Of a DNA stretch of 64,000 bases, positions 22,570-41,083 are shown piece after piece; position 1 is the first letter of the stretch; every line of letters starts with the position of its first letter. This stretch comes from Amoebidium appalachense (taxonomy: Eukaryota; Protista; Ichthyosporea). The position numbers and the translations under genes were made by a program. The stretch spans positions 1,999,276 through 2,063,275 of the forward strand of contig CAVNZM010000017.1 in the NCBI GenBank assembly GCA_963693365.1, given 5' to 3'. Below the pieces are notes generated by a model. It saw only the letters and a list, made by a program, of their open reading frames with translations. It ran no database searches and was not told where the DNA came from.

Positions 22570-23742
22570 GTGTATGTGCAAGGGTGTGGGTGGGTGGGTG
22601 GGTGGGTGGGTAGGTGGGTAGGTGTGTGTGTGTGTGTGGGGGGGGGGGGGTGGGTAGGTGGTGTATGTGTTGTGCGGGGGGGGGGGGGGGGGGGGGGAGG
22701 GGGGGAGGTTGAGCGTATGTGAGTGCATGAAAGAAATGGCATGTGGGGCAAGGAGGGGGAAGGGGGGAGTGGAGGCGGGGTGGGGTGGGGTGGGGCGGCG
22801 GGGGGGGGGGGGGGGGGGGGGTGCATGGATTGTGGGCTGGTGAGTGGGAGGGAAAGGGGGGGAGGGGGGGGAAGGGAAGAGAAGGGGGGGGGGGGGGGGG
22901 GGGGGGGGAGGGGGGGGGAGGGGGGTTTGAATGCGGAACACAGTACGAAGTACGCATACACGATGAGAAGCATGGTGCAGGACACATGCAAAGGCAAACA
23001 TTCAAGTATGCAGCATCAGCCATGCGCACAGTATGCGTCATAAGCAGAGCCCATCCTCAGGGAGGGCCCAAGTCATCAATTGCGTCTGAGTTTCGACCCC
23101 TTAGCCCGCGTATATACGACGCTCCAACTCAGACAGCAGCATCAACTGAACTTGGGTGGGTCAACCCGTCTTGATCAAAGACGAGCAGGGTTGCTTATGC
23201 AAGCAAGGTGAGCAAAACGGTGAAGATGTATGTGCAAACTAATGCAGTGCAGCGACAAACGCGTATGTGCTTACAGATGCACGACACAGAGCAACCATGC
23301 CCGGTTGCATGGAAGTAAAGATGTCTCCAGTACCTCATGATGACGGCCACCTGGGCCTCGCTGTATGGCTCCGACCCACTCTCCACCCGGGCAACAAGAA
23401 TATCGAGTAGCTCACCTACAAACAGAACGTTAGGTGGAAAGAGCGGGAAAGGGGAAAAAGAGATAGGCATTGATAGAGCCTCAGGCTGGTTGTCTTTTTT
23501 TTTGTTTTGTTTTTTATGGGGGGGGGGGGGGGGGGGGGGGGGGGAGGGGGGGGTTGGGGGGCATGTGGAAAGAGGGGGGTGGTGAGGGCGGGGGGGATGA
23601 GAAAGGCAGTAGACAAGGCCATCTAACACAGCAAAGTCTAAAAAGAACAGCACCGTAGGCACTTCATTTTACAGGGAACGACTGGATTTTGCAGTGTGTA
23701 TGTGGGCGTGGCGGGGGTGGGGGTGGAGGGGGGGGAGGGAGG

Positions 23743-23775
<33 letters not shown>

Positions 23776-23883
23776 AAGAATGCCCTATAGAGTATGGAAA
23801 AAACATTTACGATCTGAGAACACGTTGAAGATTTCCCAAACGAAGTGCATGCACATGGAGCTTGCCGAAAAAGGAGAGCTACA

Positions 23884-23917
<34 letters not shown>

Positions 23918-25367
23918 AGGGTGGGGAAAGGGCACAGGAGTGGGAAGGGGGAGGGGGGTTGGGGGGGGAGGAAGGGGGAGGGGAAGTGGGGGGTGAGAGC
24001 GGCGCGGGGGGGGGGGGGGGGGGGGGTCATGCTACGTGCCTCCACTCAGCAACTCGAGCACAATCATGTAGAACTGCTTGTTCTCATACAGGCCAAGGAA
24101 TCCGTTGATGTTTGGGTGCCGGCCAAGCGTGCGCAGCAAGCGGCACTCAGTCTCAAGATTCATGTCCTGGGGGAGGTAGGGTGGGGGGAGGGGGGGGGGG
24201 GAGGGGGAGAGGGGGGGGGGGGGGGGTAGGGGGGTGGGAGGTGGGGGATGGGGGTTAAGGAGAGGCGGGGAGGGGGAGGGGGGGGGGGGAGGGGAGGGGG
24301 GGCTCAGTGGGCAAGTGGGGTCATCTAGGGCAGGATCAGGGTAAGGGAGGGGGGAAGGGGAACAGGGAGGATAAGAGGGTCAGAGAAACGCCACATGGGG
24401 GAGTATGAGTTGTGTGGGAACCAAAGAGCACCCAGGAGACAGCTGTGGGGATGAAGGGGGGGGGGGGGGGGGGGAATCTGTGTTAGGGGCAGTGTGGGAG
24501 GGGCAAAGAGAGGGCGGCGGGGGAGGGGGGAGGAACCTGTATAGGGGCAGTGTGGGAAGGGCAAAGAGAGGAAGGGGGGAGGGGAGGGGGGAGGCACTTA
24601 CCCCAAAGGCCTTTTCCTTAGGCACATACTTGATAGCTACCATCTGGCCCGTCTCTTTGTCCTTTGCAAGCCGCACGGTTGAGTAGGCACCCTGCATGTC
24701 TGATATTAGAGAAGCCACGATGCTTCTCTTGCTTGGAAATCCCATCACGAATGGTGGATTGTTGTGTATTGCAGCTTTTCATTTGCATTGCAAATCGGTA
24801 ATGGACATATCTGTCTAAAAAAGAATAAAAGCATCTTCTTTTATAGACTTGCTATTAATTTTAACCTCTTTCTTGTGTGTGTGTATGTGGGGGCGGGGGG
24901 GGGGGGGGGGGGGGGGGGGACACATGGGGATGGGGGTGGATGGTGTTGAGGGCCTGCAAGTAGGAAACGGTCATCAGATTGAAATAAGTCGGGTCATGTT
25001 GGCATGTGTGTACAAGATTCCCCTGAGACGCATAAAATTTGTATGCTTGTATCTGGCCATGAAGAGGAATAAGCATCGGAAAGGATTGGAGGCGCGGACC
25101 AGCAAAGTTTTTAGCCGCACACATCTTACTCAGGAAGAAGAAGAACCTCAACCTGAGCCCCAAAGGTGACGGTAAAACCCAACGAAAGAACGACATTCCA
25201 AAAAAGAAAACGAAGGGATCCAGAACGAATACGCTTCAAAAATTATCATGAAAAATGGCAATGCATGTGTGGAAGAGAGAACTCGTGCCACTTACTTGAC
25301 CAAGGACCTGCCGGACCTCATATTTGTTTTCCAGCTGCCCGGGTGACACCAGCTCAGAAATGGCCAT
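12508..25367 (-). CDS. Ca2+/calmodulin-dependent Ser/Thr kinase with CaM-binding helix and visinin/NCS-like EF-hand domain (CCaMK-like architecture), ~15 exons
   Basis: Exons 25367-25296, 24691-24602, 24166-24040, 23415-23334, 22452-22320, 20895-20811, 19996-19944, 18781-18617, 18008-17874, 17563-17438, 16317-16183, 15452-15333, 14507-14442 (tentative), 13773-13663, 12546-12508. Kinase motifs: LGQGAYSTV, VAIK, HPNI, ELLSGGELL, HRDLKPEN, LADFG, CGTPNYMSPE, DIWSVGVIMYILLAGTFPF, HPW. Then LKRFNARRKLRA and EF loops DTDGNGNIDQ and DTDHSGTISAKE. Confidence 0.9.
13176..13570. mobile_element. Dispersed intronic repeat family A, full-length ~400-bp copy
   Basis: Nearly identical to 22925-23320. Partial copy at 53828-53963; diverged fragments near 6350-6475, 8818-8930, 16490-16670, 19300-19420, 28140-28260 and 29880-29965. 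Confidence 0.85.
13736..14010. repeat. Triplicated ~115-bp unit covering a kinase acceptor site and exon start
   Basis: ctcaaactcctgct(g/a)cagccacaggtc(g/a)ttgggctgca occurs at ~13741, ~13853 and ~13965. Confidence 0.85.
15189..15237 (-). pseudogene. Degenerate duplicate of the 3' half of the EF-hand exon plus its donor
   Basis: Reads TGC TTC AAG TTG TAG GGT ACC GAC GGA AAT GGC ATA ATT GAC CAG|GT, versus the intact copy at ~15333-15377; contains an in-frame stop. Could be an assembly echo. Confidence 0.55.
16999..17174. mobile_element. MITE-like element with ~27-bp terminal inverted repeats
   Basis: Left arm CTTGCATTGACTTTCTAAACCAATCGG; right arm reverse complement CTTGCACTGACTTTCTGAACCAATCGG (2 mismatches). 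Appears to interrupt a family-B repeat. Confidence 0.65.
22925..23320. mobile_element. Dispersed intronic repeat family A, second full-length copy
   Basis: Near-identical to 13176-13570; has an internal inverted repeat (CCCAAGT..GTCTGAGTT / AACTCAGAC..ACTTGGG). Confidence 0.85.
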
Positions 25368-26567
25368 TTTTCCTTTAAACGCAAAACACTGCAACCCGGG
25401 TCCTTTCTTCTCTTTCTTCCTCTTGCTAGATGCTTCCTTATTGTTTTAAAATCTGCTCTTTCTTTGGCAGTGTCAAGGTTGACGATTTGCCAACAGCAAG
25501 CTGGATGACACAAGTAAAAATGCGGTGCCTAAGGTCATTAACCAATCACACGCTTTGAAATCTAGCCTGTTTGGTGAATTTATCCCAAGTGCATTCCTGC
25601 GTCAGATGGTGTGCCGGTCCGGGTGCCAAAGTTCGTGTTTGTGTACGTGTGTACACGTGTTTGGCTTTGAGCAGTGACAAGACGGTGTAAGTTGCATCAA
25701 TACTTTGCCTTTACCACTACAGACCGCCCACGTGCACCCGCAAGCAAGTGCGGAATGAAAGAAGCGAACGGTATGTAGACCTCATGTTCAAGTGCACGAT
25801 CATTCCGTGCAAATGCTACGTGTCTTGACCACCGCGTGCGACACACACGCAAAGCCCACAACTTCCACACAGTGCGCAGGCACGAGCTCGCGCACACAAG
25901 CACACACACGCGCGGGCACTGTACACGCTACACTTGTTACTGTACGCATATGCACGCACATATACATACACACACTCACACTGTAGCACACACGTCACAC
26001 ACACACAGGATTATATGTACTTGTGTGTGTGTGCGTGTGTGTGTGTGCGTGTGTGTGTGTATGTCATCCAATGCAATGTACACGTGTACATGGCTTTACA
26101 GAATAACTGCACAAGCTGTGCGCAGAATTTCTTACATTTACGCAGCATTTACAGAGGCTCTACCCAAGTTGAACTTCAACTGTGTAGGTGATACATAAAG
26201 ACTTCGTACAGAGGAAACATTCATAATATTTCGCTCATAACGCTAGATAAGACCAAAGACACGGAATTAAAAAGAGGAGGAATTCACAACATTTCATTCA
26301 AAAACTAATGCAACGGGAAAGAGGTTAGGCTTAAAGGCATGGCCATGAGACCCAGCCAAAGTTTAGTAATTGTTTATGAACCTCGGGGCCGATAGGTGTT
26401 TTTCATCCCAAACAATAAGCATGTAAAGAGCATCTGTTTTATAGAAAAAATAATTGCAATAATAAATACCCTACCCAAAATTGAAAAAGCCTGTGTAGGA
26501 TGAACAGGAGCAAGTAGGACCATCTATCAAAAAAAGGCAATCTCAGAACCTCATTATTACAAAACAT

Positions 26568-26990
26568 CTAAGTTCTCAGTAGCCTGAACAGCTTGACTGA
26601 GTTTCCGATGAACTCCGGATCGATCCCGTCGGTGACCTGTAAGCAGCGGGTTAGATCACTGCAGCATGCTCGTTGATATTTCTTGTCTTCAATTCCTCAA
26701 GTAATTTTGGACATGGTCAGAGCCTCCAACCAACCACACCCTGCTGGCCTGAAATCAAACCGCAGTTGGAATAAATATTCTTGACGCCCAGGAAATAAAG
26801 GTGACACTGTCAGAGGAAAAACCCAATAAGGGAACACAGAGCAGAAGAGCAAGAGGCCAACTGAATCGTTAAGAAAAGAAAACTTGGAAGCTCTCTCAAA
26901 AGTGTGACGCCAGAGATCTTCATGATTGCCAGTGGACAAGTGCTCGAAGAATCACCTGCTTCATCGACAACTGGGGGAGTGTGTGTAGAA

Positions 26991-27080
<90 letters not shown>

Positions 27081-27387
27081 CTTGCCGGGTTTCACGTGTG
27101 TACATGTAGAAAGAAAGTTGTGGGTGCAAAGGGAAGGGTTTTGTGTCTCTGGGGGAGGGGTTAAAGAACGAGAGGAAGAGAATGAAGGGTATTACGCGGC
27201 GCCATGACAGAAAATAGTGTGCGAAAGAAAGCCAACAGATTTGATTACACCAATGATTCAAGGGAATAGGGTGTAGGGGGGGGGGGGGGGGGGGGGGGGG
27301 AGAAATCTAATATTAGGATCCCGCGGTATATCATGTGCCAAGCTCCTGCGAAGTGGGAAGCGGTGGGGCAACGGGTGGCATGTGTGT

Positions 27388-27427
<40 letters not shown>

Positions 27428-28419
27428 TGTGTGTGTGTGTGTGTGGTGTGTGTGTGTGTGCATACACTGGCGGGCGTGAGCATGTGCGCGTCCGTGCATG
27501 TGCGCATGTTCGCCAACCCTGTGTATATGTGTGTGTGTGTGTTTTGGGGGTTGGGGGGGAGGGAGGGGGGGGTTACAACACCTGAGTGCACGTAAAGCCA
27601 TATTTGGGGAGCAAGAGAAAAAAAATATCCTCCCCAAGGCCCCTTGGCTTGTAGGAGAGGTACACTACAGTGCCTTGGTGGCTAAGCTCTCTCAAAGTCT
27701 GGTTGGGATGAATTATGTTAAAACTATATATAGAATGCTGATAGCTGATCGGGTGGGATGCTTTACTACTGGCCAATCATGCGCAAGGAATATCCGGCAT
27801 TCTGTATAAAACAACATCATAGCACCTGAATAAGTGAAATGGAAAAAAAAAACTTGTTTGCAGGGTTGTGATCGGTAGTGGGTATACATGCAAATACACT
27901 CCTTCAACATGCACACACGCAACACGCACACATCAGTCAACCACCCATTCCGTGTACACGTGTGATAAACGCTCAATAAAAGAGAGAGAGAGAGAGAGAG
28001 AGATAAAATGGATTTTACAAGAAAGGAAAAAAAAAGAACGGCACGGCAAAAGAAAAAAACCTAGGAGGCAATGGGAAAGAGGTGTACATTAGTTTGATTT
28101 TTTAATGTTTATTTGTTTGTTTGTTTGTTTGCTTCTGGAAGGGGGGATGTATTTAATAGAGTACGAAGAATACATTCACTAGATAGCACAATGAATATTT
28201 TGCAGAACACACACACAAAAGGTGCATCTGAAGAAGGGCTCATCCTCCGTTGGAGCCCACGTCCTCCACAGTAACCTGTGGGGACAAAAGGGCGTTTGGG
28301 GCGGGGGGGGGGGGGGGGGGACCCCTACACACCTTCAGCAAATCCCTTACGGCATCTTTATGGTAGACCACCTCTGAACCTGAGTAACACGAAAGTTAGC
28401 TGAGTGCATTGATAGTGCC

Positions 28420-28454
<35 letters not shown>

Positions 28455-28761
28455 CCCCCCCACACACACACAACACATGCACACAAAACCTTCTCACCCA
28501 GCCAACCCTCCTCTTCCCCTAAACCACTCCCCCCTCCCCAGGCCACTACCCCCCCCACCCCCCACCCCCCACCCACCCACCCACCCACCCCGAATAAAAA
28601 AAACAAAAAAAAAACAAGAAAAAGAAAAAAGAAAAGAAAAAAAGAAAATAAAGAAAGAAAGAAAAGAAAAGAAAAGAAAAAAGGGAACATGCACGCACGC
28701 ACGCGCATGCGCATGACCACCACCACTAACAACAACAACACCAGCTACAACGATCCCCCCC

Positions 28762-28821
<60 letters not shown>

Positions 28822-29118
28822 CCATCCTTACTCCCTCCCAGGCCTTAATACCTATTCACAGGATTTGAAGGACCACAGAAAATGGGAGGAAGGGGAGCCG
28901 GGACATGGGGACGGGAAAAATAAAATCTGACTGGCAATTAGACCTGGAACACAACAAGGGGAAAGGAGAAACCAACCACGGGAAACGGGAAAAATTGGGA
29001 GATATTGGGCATTTCTGCCCAGGTTCTTGGGGGTAAACTGCATTATAGAGCGTGGGCAGGAGAAGAGGAAATGGTGAATCCCCCCATCTATTTCTTTCTT
29101 TTTCTTTTTCTTTCTTTC

Positions 29119-29149
<31 letters not shown>

Positions 29150-29667
29150 TTTTTGGGGGGGGGGGGGGGGGGGGAGGGGGGGGGGGGGGGAGGGGGGTCA
29201 CCGAAAATAAAATCGAAGGGGGGCTTTGCCGACTCTATGTCGTTAGGGTCTCCCCTGGACAGATGTTCAAATTATTAGCACAAGAAAAACGCTGAAGGAA
29301 AAGTGTTCTTATGTGTGCATGCACAGCCACACAGAGGATGTGTGGGTTCGAGCAAGAAGAGACACTGGGGCACCGCAAAAGGAGAGATGCCGAGATGTAA
29401 TAGATGGGTGGCCGGCTGGGAGGGGGGAGGAAGGAGGGAAGGGGGAAGGGGGGGAGGGGGGGGGGGGGGGGGGGGGGCAGGGATGTATGCGTTGGAGGGT
29501 TGGAAAGTGGAGGAGACACCAAATACAAAACGTCACAAAAACGAAAACCCCGATGTCAAACAATTTACGCGTCCAGGCAGAAGACACTTGAACAGAGCCG
29601 ATTATCAATGGGGTTCCTACGCCTTTACGAAAGAATGGGTTTGGCCTCTTTATCGGGTGGGGGGGAG

Positions 29668-29699
<32 letters not shown>

Positions 29700-29836
29700 G
29701 CTTCCATTTGAAGGGTAGAGGCAAAACGACAATTCCAAACTTAGTTAAGGACCTCAGTCATATACAGGAATATGCCTATCGGTTCAGTAGTGGTGTGTGT
29801 GTGGTGGTGGTGGTGGTGGTGGTGGTGGGTGGTGGT

Positions 29837-29880
<44 letters not shown>

Positions 29881-30167
29881 CAGAATGCATTATATATACT
29901 TCGTAGTACACATTCATCACGGACAACACACAGGGATGCTGAGCAGAGTGCATCCTCAGAAGGGGGGTGGGGGCCCCGGGGGGGTTGGGGGGAGTTGGGG
30001 GCGGGGGGGGGGGGGATCATCTACAGAACCCGAGATTTTTTTATTTCTTTGTCTTTTATTCTATTTCCATTTATTTTTTTATTCATTTCTTTTATTTTTT
30101 ATTTATTAAGTTTTTTTTTTCCTTTTTTTTTTTTTTTTTTTTTTTTTTGCCGGGAAAGGCGGGGAGG

Positions 30168-30202
<35 letters not shown>

Positions 30203-31585
30203 GGGAAAGGGGGGGGGGGGGGGACGAGATGAGTCCTCATACCACAGTAGAGTTTGTGCCTGTATAGTTCCGACAGTTATGTTGCTCTGCAATGGCAAAT
30301 CCGCATTGTTTCGTATGTTTTGCTGTGCCAGATGTATTGTGTCTTGAGTATCGGTGAGCGTCACATGCCCGCCTGCCAGAAAAAGAACAAAAAAGAATAC
30401 GATTAGGCTGTGGCTAATCTACAGCTGTGTGCAAAAACCATGTGCTAACTATTCGCTGCAAGCGAAAAAGAGGAAAGGAAGACAACCCCCTTCTCACTCA
30501 CTCTCTCTCTCTCTGCCCCCCCCTCCTCCCCTCCCTCCCAAAGGTACCAAGAACCCGGGCCACCCACACCCCCTGAACTCCCATCCCCCCTCTCCCTCCA
30601 CCACTGCCAACCCCTCCCCCCTCCTTCCCCACAACAAAAAAGTATGCACACGCTGTGGGTAGTTCTATTGTTGCAAACCCCCCCAACCCCCCCAACCCCT
30701 CTCCCCCACTCAGCCCCTGCCCGCCCGCCCCCTTCCCCTACTTCCCCATATGTCCTTTTACCAGTCTACCCCTCTGACCCGTGCTGACCAGAAAAGATGA
30801 ACATATTTTAGATGCGTGTTGCGTGTGATGCGTGTACTCTTTTAGATGCGTGTTGAGGAGAACAATTAGACATGAGTTGGGGGTCTAGGTGACGGGTGGA
30901 GGGTGATGGGTGGGCAGGGAGGGGAAGAGGAGGGGGAAAGACGGGAGGGAGGAGCTCCAGGGTTGGGTATGTGTGTGTGTGTGTGTATGTGGGTAGGGGG
31001 GGGGGGGGGGGGGGGAGGGGGGAAGCACCTCTGAGCCAAGCCACCAAACCAACTAGAGCAGTCCCACAGCCCAACTCCACAACCCTCTTGCCTGCTATCT
31101 CAAAAGTGGGAATGGCCGTCTCAACATATCGAGCTAGGAGGTATGCCTGTGTGTTTGTGTGGATATGAGGAGAAGAACGGCGGGTGTGTGTGTGTACGTG
31201 TGTGGGGAGGGGGAGGGGGGGGGGGGGGGAGGGGGGAGGGAGGAGGAGGGGGGGGGGGGGGGAAGAGAGGAGGATTGTTTGAAATTGTGTTCGGTTGTGT
31301 TCTGATGTTCTTGCCAAAACAGTTGTGGTTAAATCTAACAGGTAGCAAGAATGAATATGAGGAAGGAAAGTTTCTTGCTGGAAGACAGAAAGCGGTGCCT
31401 CCAGTGGTTGGAGAACGAGGAGAGATTTGATAGATGCATGACAGGTCTAATTGTGTATTGAGGCTTAACTTGAGGGGGGGGGAGGGGGGGGGGGGGGGGG
31501 GAAGAGGGGGGCGGAGGGAGAGAAGGGGGGGGGGGAGGGGGGGGAGGAAGAGGGGAGAAAGAGTGTGGGGGAAGATTGTGTGCGT

Positions 31586-31634
<49 letters not shown>

Positions 31635-31683
31635 CGTGTGTGTGTGTGGGTGGGTGGGTGGGTGGGTGGGTGGGTGGGTGGGT

Positions 31684-31746
<63 letters not shown>

Positions 31747-32013
31747 TGTGTGTGTGCGTGTGCGTGTGCGTGTGCGTGTGTGTGTGTGTGTGCGTGTGTG
31801 TGTGTGTGGTGTGTGTGTGTATATAAACATGAACTGATCAACTGTGACACTCACCCCATCCCACACTATGGTGCCCGTGTTGCTCTCCAAAGACATCTCC
31901 ACACCCGGTGTCTGCGCTATTCTCATCAAACACCCACAGAAGGTGCAACGAAACTCGCTCTCCTTCTTCCTCTCAGCATAAGGGTTGCAGAACTTCCACG
32001 GCACAACCTCCAT
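26568..32013 (-). CDS. METTL21-family (methyltransferase family 16) protein-lysine methyltransferase, 7 exons
   Basis: Exons 32013-31855, 31146-31029, 30372-30243, 29254-29202, 28379-28333, 27698-27582, 26636-26568. Motifs: [67 protein letters not shown]. Confidence 0.85.
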
Positions 32014-33105
32014 GTTTTAACAATTTAAGGCTTTCTCCAAGAAGGATTTTAGTCGAAAGTGCTTAAGCACACATCAATTCGTCCTCGTGAATTTTTAATT
32101 TATAATACGCCTCCATCGGTTGAATAAATCCAGTCAAAAGCTATTCCCTACGAAGCTACGTGTTAGTGCAGGGCCTTGCATGGATTAAAATCTCTAAATT
32201 TAGATCTGCCGAGTCACTCGAGCTCAAAGGGAAATGAATGGTAGTGACTTCGTGCGTCAAGCCAAAAAAAAACACTAAAGGCAAGATCATTTAACTCTGT
32301 TACTAGTACACACATGTCCGTCTTACCATAAGGCGGTAAGAAGCACTCTTGTTATACCTGACCGTGTGACAACGTTCCATAGCATCATGACACCGTTGAA
32401 AGTTGAAGCCCTAAAAGTAAAAACTGGAACCATTTCTGCAAAAAACGTCCCACAATCAAACGCCTATGCCAAATTTCCATAGTCGTTTTTTCGCCAGCCA
32501 ATCAAATTCAACTGTCCTTATCGAGGGAGGAAGCAGCCGACCAATGAGCGTGTAGTGAGGCTGGCTGGCTGACACCCCAAAATTATACATTTGCCGCCTG
32601 CCCGCGTTTCCTGCGGGGGGCAATTTTTGAACAAGTCGTCCGCCTCTTCGTGCGGGCGCCTCCGTTGATGAGTCTTGAGTGATGTTTTGCTGAATAATAG
32701 AGTATGAGAAGGAGAGAAATACAAGTAGGAGCTGTTTGCAGTGGGAGAGGTTCGTATGGTGTCAAGAGGGGTGATACCGAATGTCCATGTTGGTGTCGCC
32801 TCATGTTTACGTTGCATCTGCAGATGATGGATGTGATGCCAGCTTCCGCTGTCACGGTGCTGTGTTGCTGATTTCGGAAGGAATGATTTGTAAGAAAACT
32901 TTGGGTTCACTTACCGTTAACTTTTTTACCCGTTTTACGTGCTCGGCTTGGCAATTGCTTGACGAGAGTTATGCAACCCGATTACTCGAGATCGTTTAAG
33001 CACATCTGTGCATAACTTCTGTACTCGGAAACAGAGAACAATTGATCAAGTCAAGAGTGTTGAGAACCACAGTTAGCAACCGATGAGTGTTTACTGGACG
33101 TCAGG
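32014..33105. promoter_or_regulatory. Putative bidirectional promoter between head-to-head genes
   Basis: About 1.1 kb free of simple repeats between the divergent METTL21-like and Trx-YccV starts; CCAAT boxes near 32499 and 32542. Confidence 0.4.
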
Positions 33106-38533
<5,428 letters not shown>

Positions 38534-38670
38534 CACACAGTAAGCAGGACTGGATTTGTGCAGATATACTGCCGGTGATGTCTTTCTAAGGTGTTGAGCC
38601 TAGGTAGTTTTTATTTTTGCTTTTTGTTTTCATGCTTATGAATCGTGTATTGTTTTCGAAGATTGTCCCC

Positions 38671-38706
<36 letters not shown>

Positions 38707-39029
38707 CGGCTTGGTTTGCCTTTTTATCAGTGTAACTGTGCCGCACACCTCTAATCAATGAGGGTATAGTGACCATATGAGCCATCAGCACCTGCAAACA
38801 ATGATATGCAAATATATATTGCCTAAACTGTCATACAAGGCAACCAATCAAAACCACACATTGCCATGTACACTAATGAATATATAAACATGCAGCAATC
38901 TTAGACATCGTATGCTGTTGTGTATCAGTTGGATGAGGGTATTGCGCCAGTGCATGCATGTACGCCCAACTAGGCACAGATACACAAACACACCCGCACG
39001 TGCACACACACATGCACACACATACACAC

Positions 39030-39095
<66 letters not shown>

Positions 39096-39175
39096 GTGAC
39101 ATGAACTCAAAACCGGAACCTTGCACTGTGTGCACTTGTGAAGCATGCATATCTTTCTTAGGTTTTGCATGAATG

Positions 39176-39754
39176 TTAACAACAACAGAACATTAATATA
39201 TGTGATACGGTGGTAATTGTCATCCCATCACGACTCCACATTATAGTCAATATTAAAATCAGAAAATCGGTTTGAATCCGGCCACTTTTGGATTTTTGGA
39301 GGCTCGACTCGTCCTTTTCTAAATATGGAACTAGGCTGTGCATGTTCACCTCCATTGGTGGTTGTATTTTCACTTCCGCTGTGTGTGTGTGTGTGTGTGT
39401 GTGTTTGTGTGTGTGTGTCGGGGGAGGGGGGGGGGGGGGGGGGGGGGGGGGGCTCTTGGATTTTTTTTGTTTTTTTTTCCCCTGGGGAGGGGAGGGGGGG
39501 GACGGCCACAATGCTTACGTAGCAGTGAGTCGATATAGCTACGTGGCTCGTGCAAGCACTCATTATTAGTGTGTGGGTGTACGTGGGGTTGTGTGTGCTT
39601 CTGCGTGTGAGTTGTGAGATAGAGAGCCTCGGAGAGAGAGAGAACCTCAGAGAGAGAGAGGGGGGGGGGGGGGGGAGAGAGAGAGAGGGAGAGGGAGAGT
39701 CTCAGAGAGAGTGTGCGTGCGTGTACATGTGTGTGTGTGTGTTGTGTGTGCGTG

Positions 39755-39806
<52 letters not shown>

Positions 39807-40002
39807 GGCGAGAGAGAGAGAGATCGTACATAATAAGAGAAAGTGGGGTATACGCACTATTTATTGCTGCGGACAACCACTGAGAAGAAAGTGATTGAGA
39901 AAGGGAGAGAGAGAGAGATCATACGTCATTGGAAAGTGTCACTGACAGAGTGAGTGAGAAAGGGCGAGAGAGAGAGAGAGAGAACGAGAGAGAGAGAGAG
40001 AC

Positions 40003-40066
<64 letters not shown>

Positions 40067-40201
40067 GTGTGTGTGTGTGTGTGTGTGTGTGTCTGTGTGT
40101 GTGTGAGAAAGAGAGAGTGAGAGAGATCATAAGGGAAAGTGTCACTAAGAGAGTGGGTGAGAATGGCGAGAGAGAGAGAGGGAGAGAGGGGGGGGGGGGG
40201 G

Positions 40202-40242
<41 letters not shown>

Positions 40243-40336
40243 AGAGAGAGGGGGAGAGAGAGAGTGTGTGTGTGTGTATGTGTGTGTGTGTGTGTGTATG
40301 TGTCTAAGTACTAGCTAATAAGTGTGTGCGTGGATG

Positions 40337-40418
<82 letters not shown>

Positions 40419-40510
40419 AGAGAGAGGGGGAGAGAGAGAGTGTGTGTGTGTATGTATGTGTGTGTGTGTCTATGTGTCTAAGTACTAGCTAATAAGTGTG
40501 TGCGTGGATG

Positions 40511-40596
<86 letters not shown>

Positions 40597-40750
40597 AGAG
40601 GCACAGAGAGAGAGAGAGAGAGAGGGAGGGAGAGAGAGTGTGTGTGTGTGTGTATGTATGTGTGTGTGTGTGTATGTGTCAAGTACTAGCTAATAAGTGT
40701 GTGCGTGGATGTGTGTGTGTGTGTGTGTGTGTGCGTGTCTGTGTGTGTGT

Positions 40751-40782
<32 letters not shown>

Positions 40783-40950
40783 GGAAAGAGAATGATACTC
40801 AAGTTGCAGTTGTACCTCGGCCTCGATGTACAAAAAGAAACCGTTCTGTGGGTGCAGCCAACCGGCGGAGCAGACACGTGCACAGTACAAAGCTTTGCAT
40901 CGATAAATCACATGTCATGATCACGACTACATATGTACACCTGTACCCCC

Positions 40951-40982
<32 letters not shown>

Positions 40983-41042
40983 TTCCCCGCCCTCCCCACC
41001 CACCCACCCCTCACCCCCTCCCCTCCCTCCCCTTCCCCCCCT

Positions 41043-41083
<41 letters not shown>

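Noticed and set aside
23085-23165. HDV-like ribozyme (GGCUAAGGG) or tRNA B-box in family A
   Set aside because: No convincing P1/P3/L3 arrangement, and no A-box or cloverleaf.
40255-40712. CRISPR-like 36-bp repeats with spacers
   Set aside because: The spacers are microsatellites of variable length; this is an ordinary tandem duplication.
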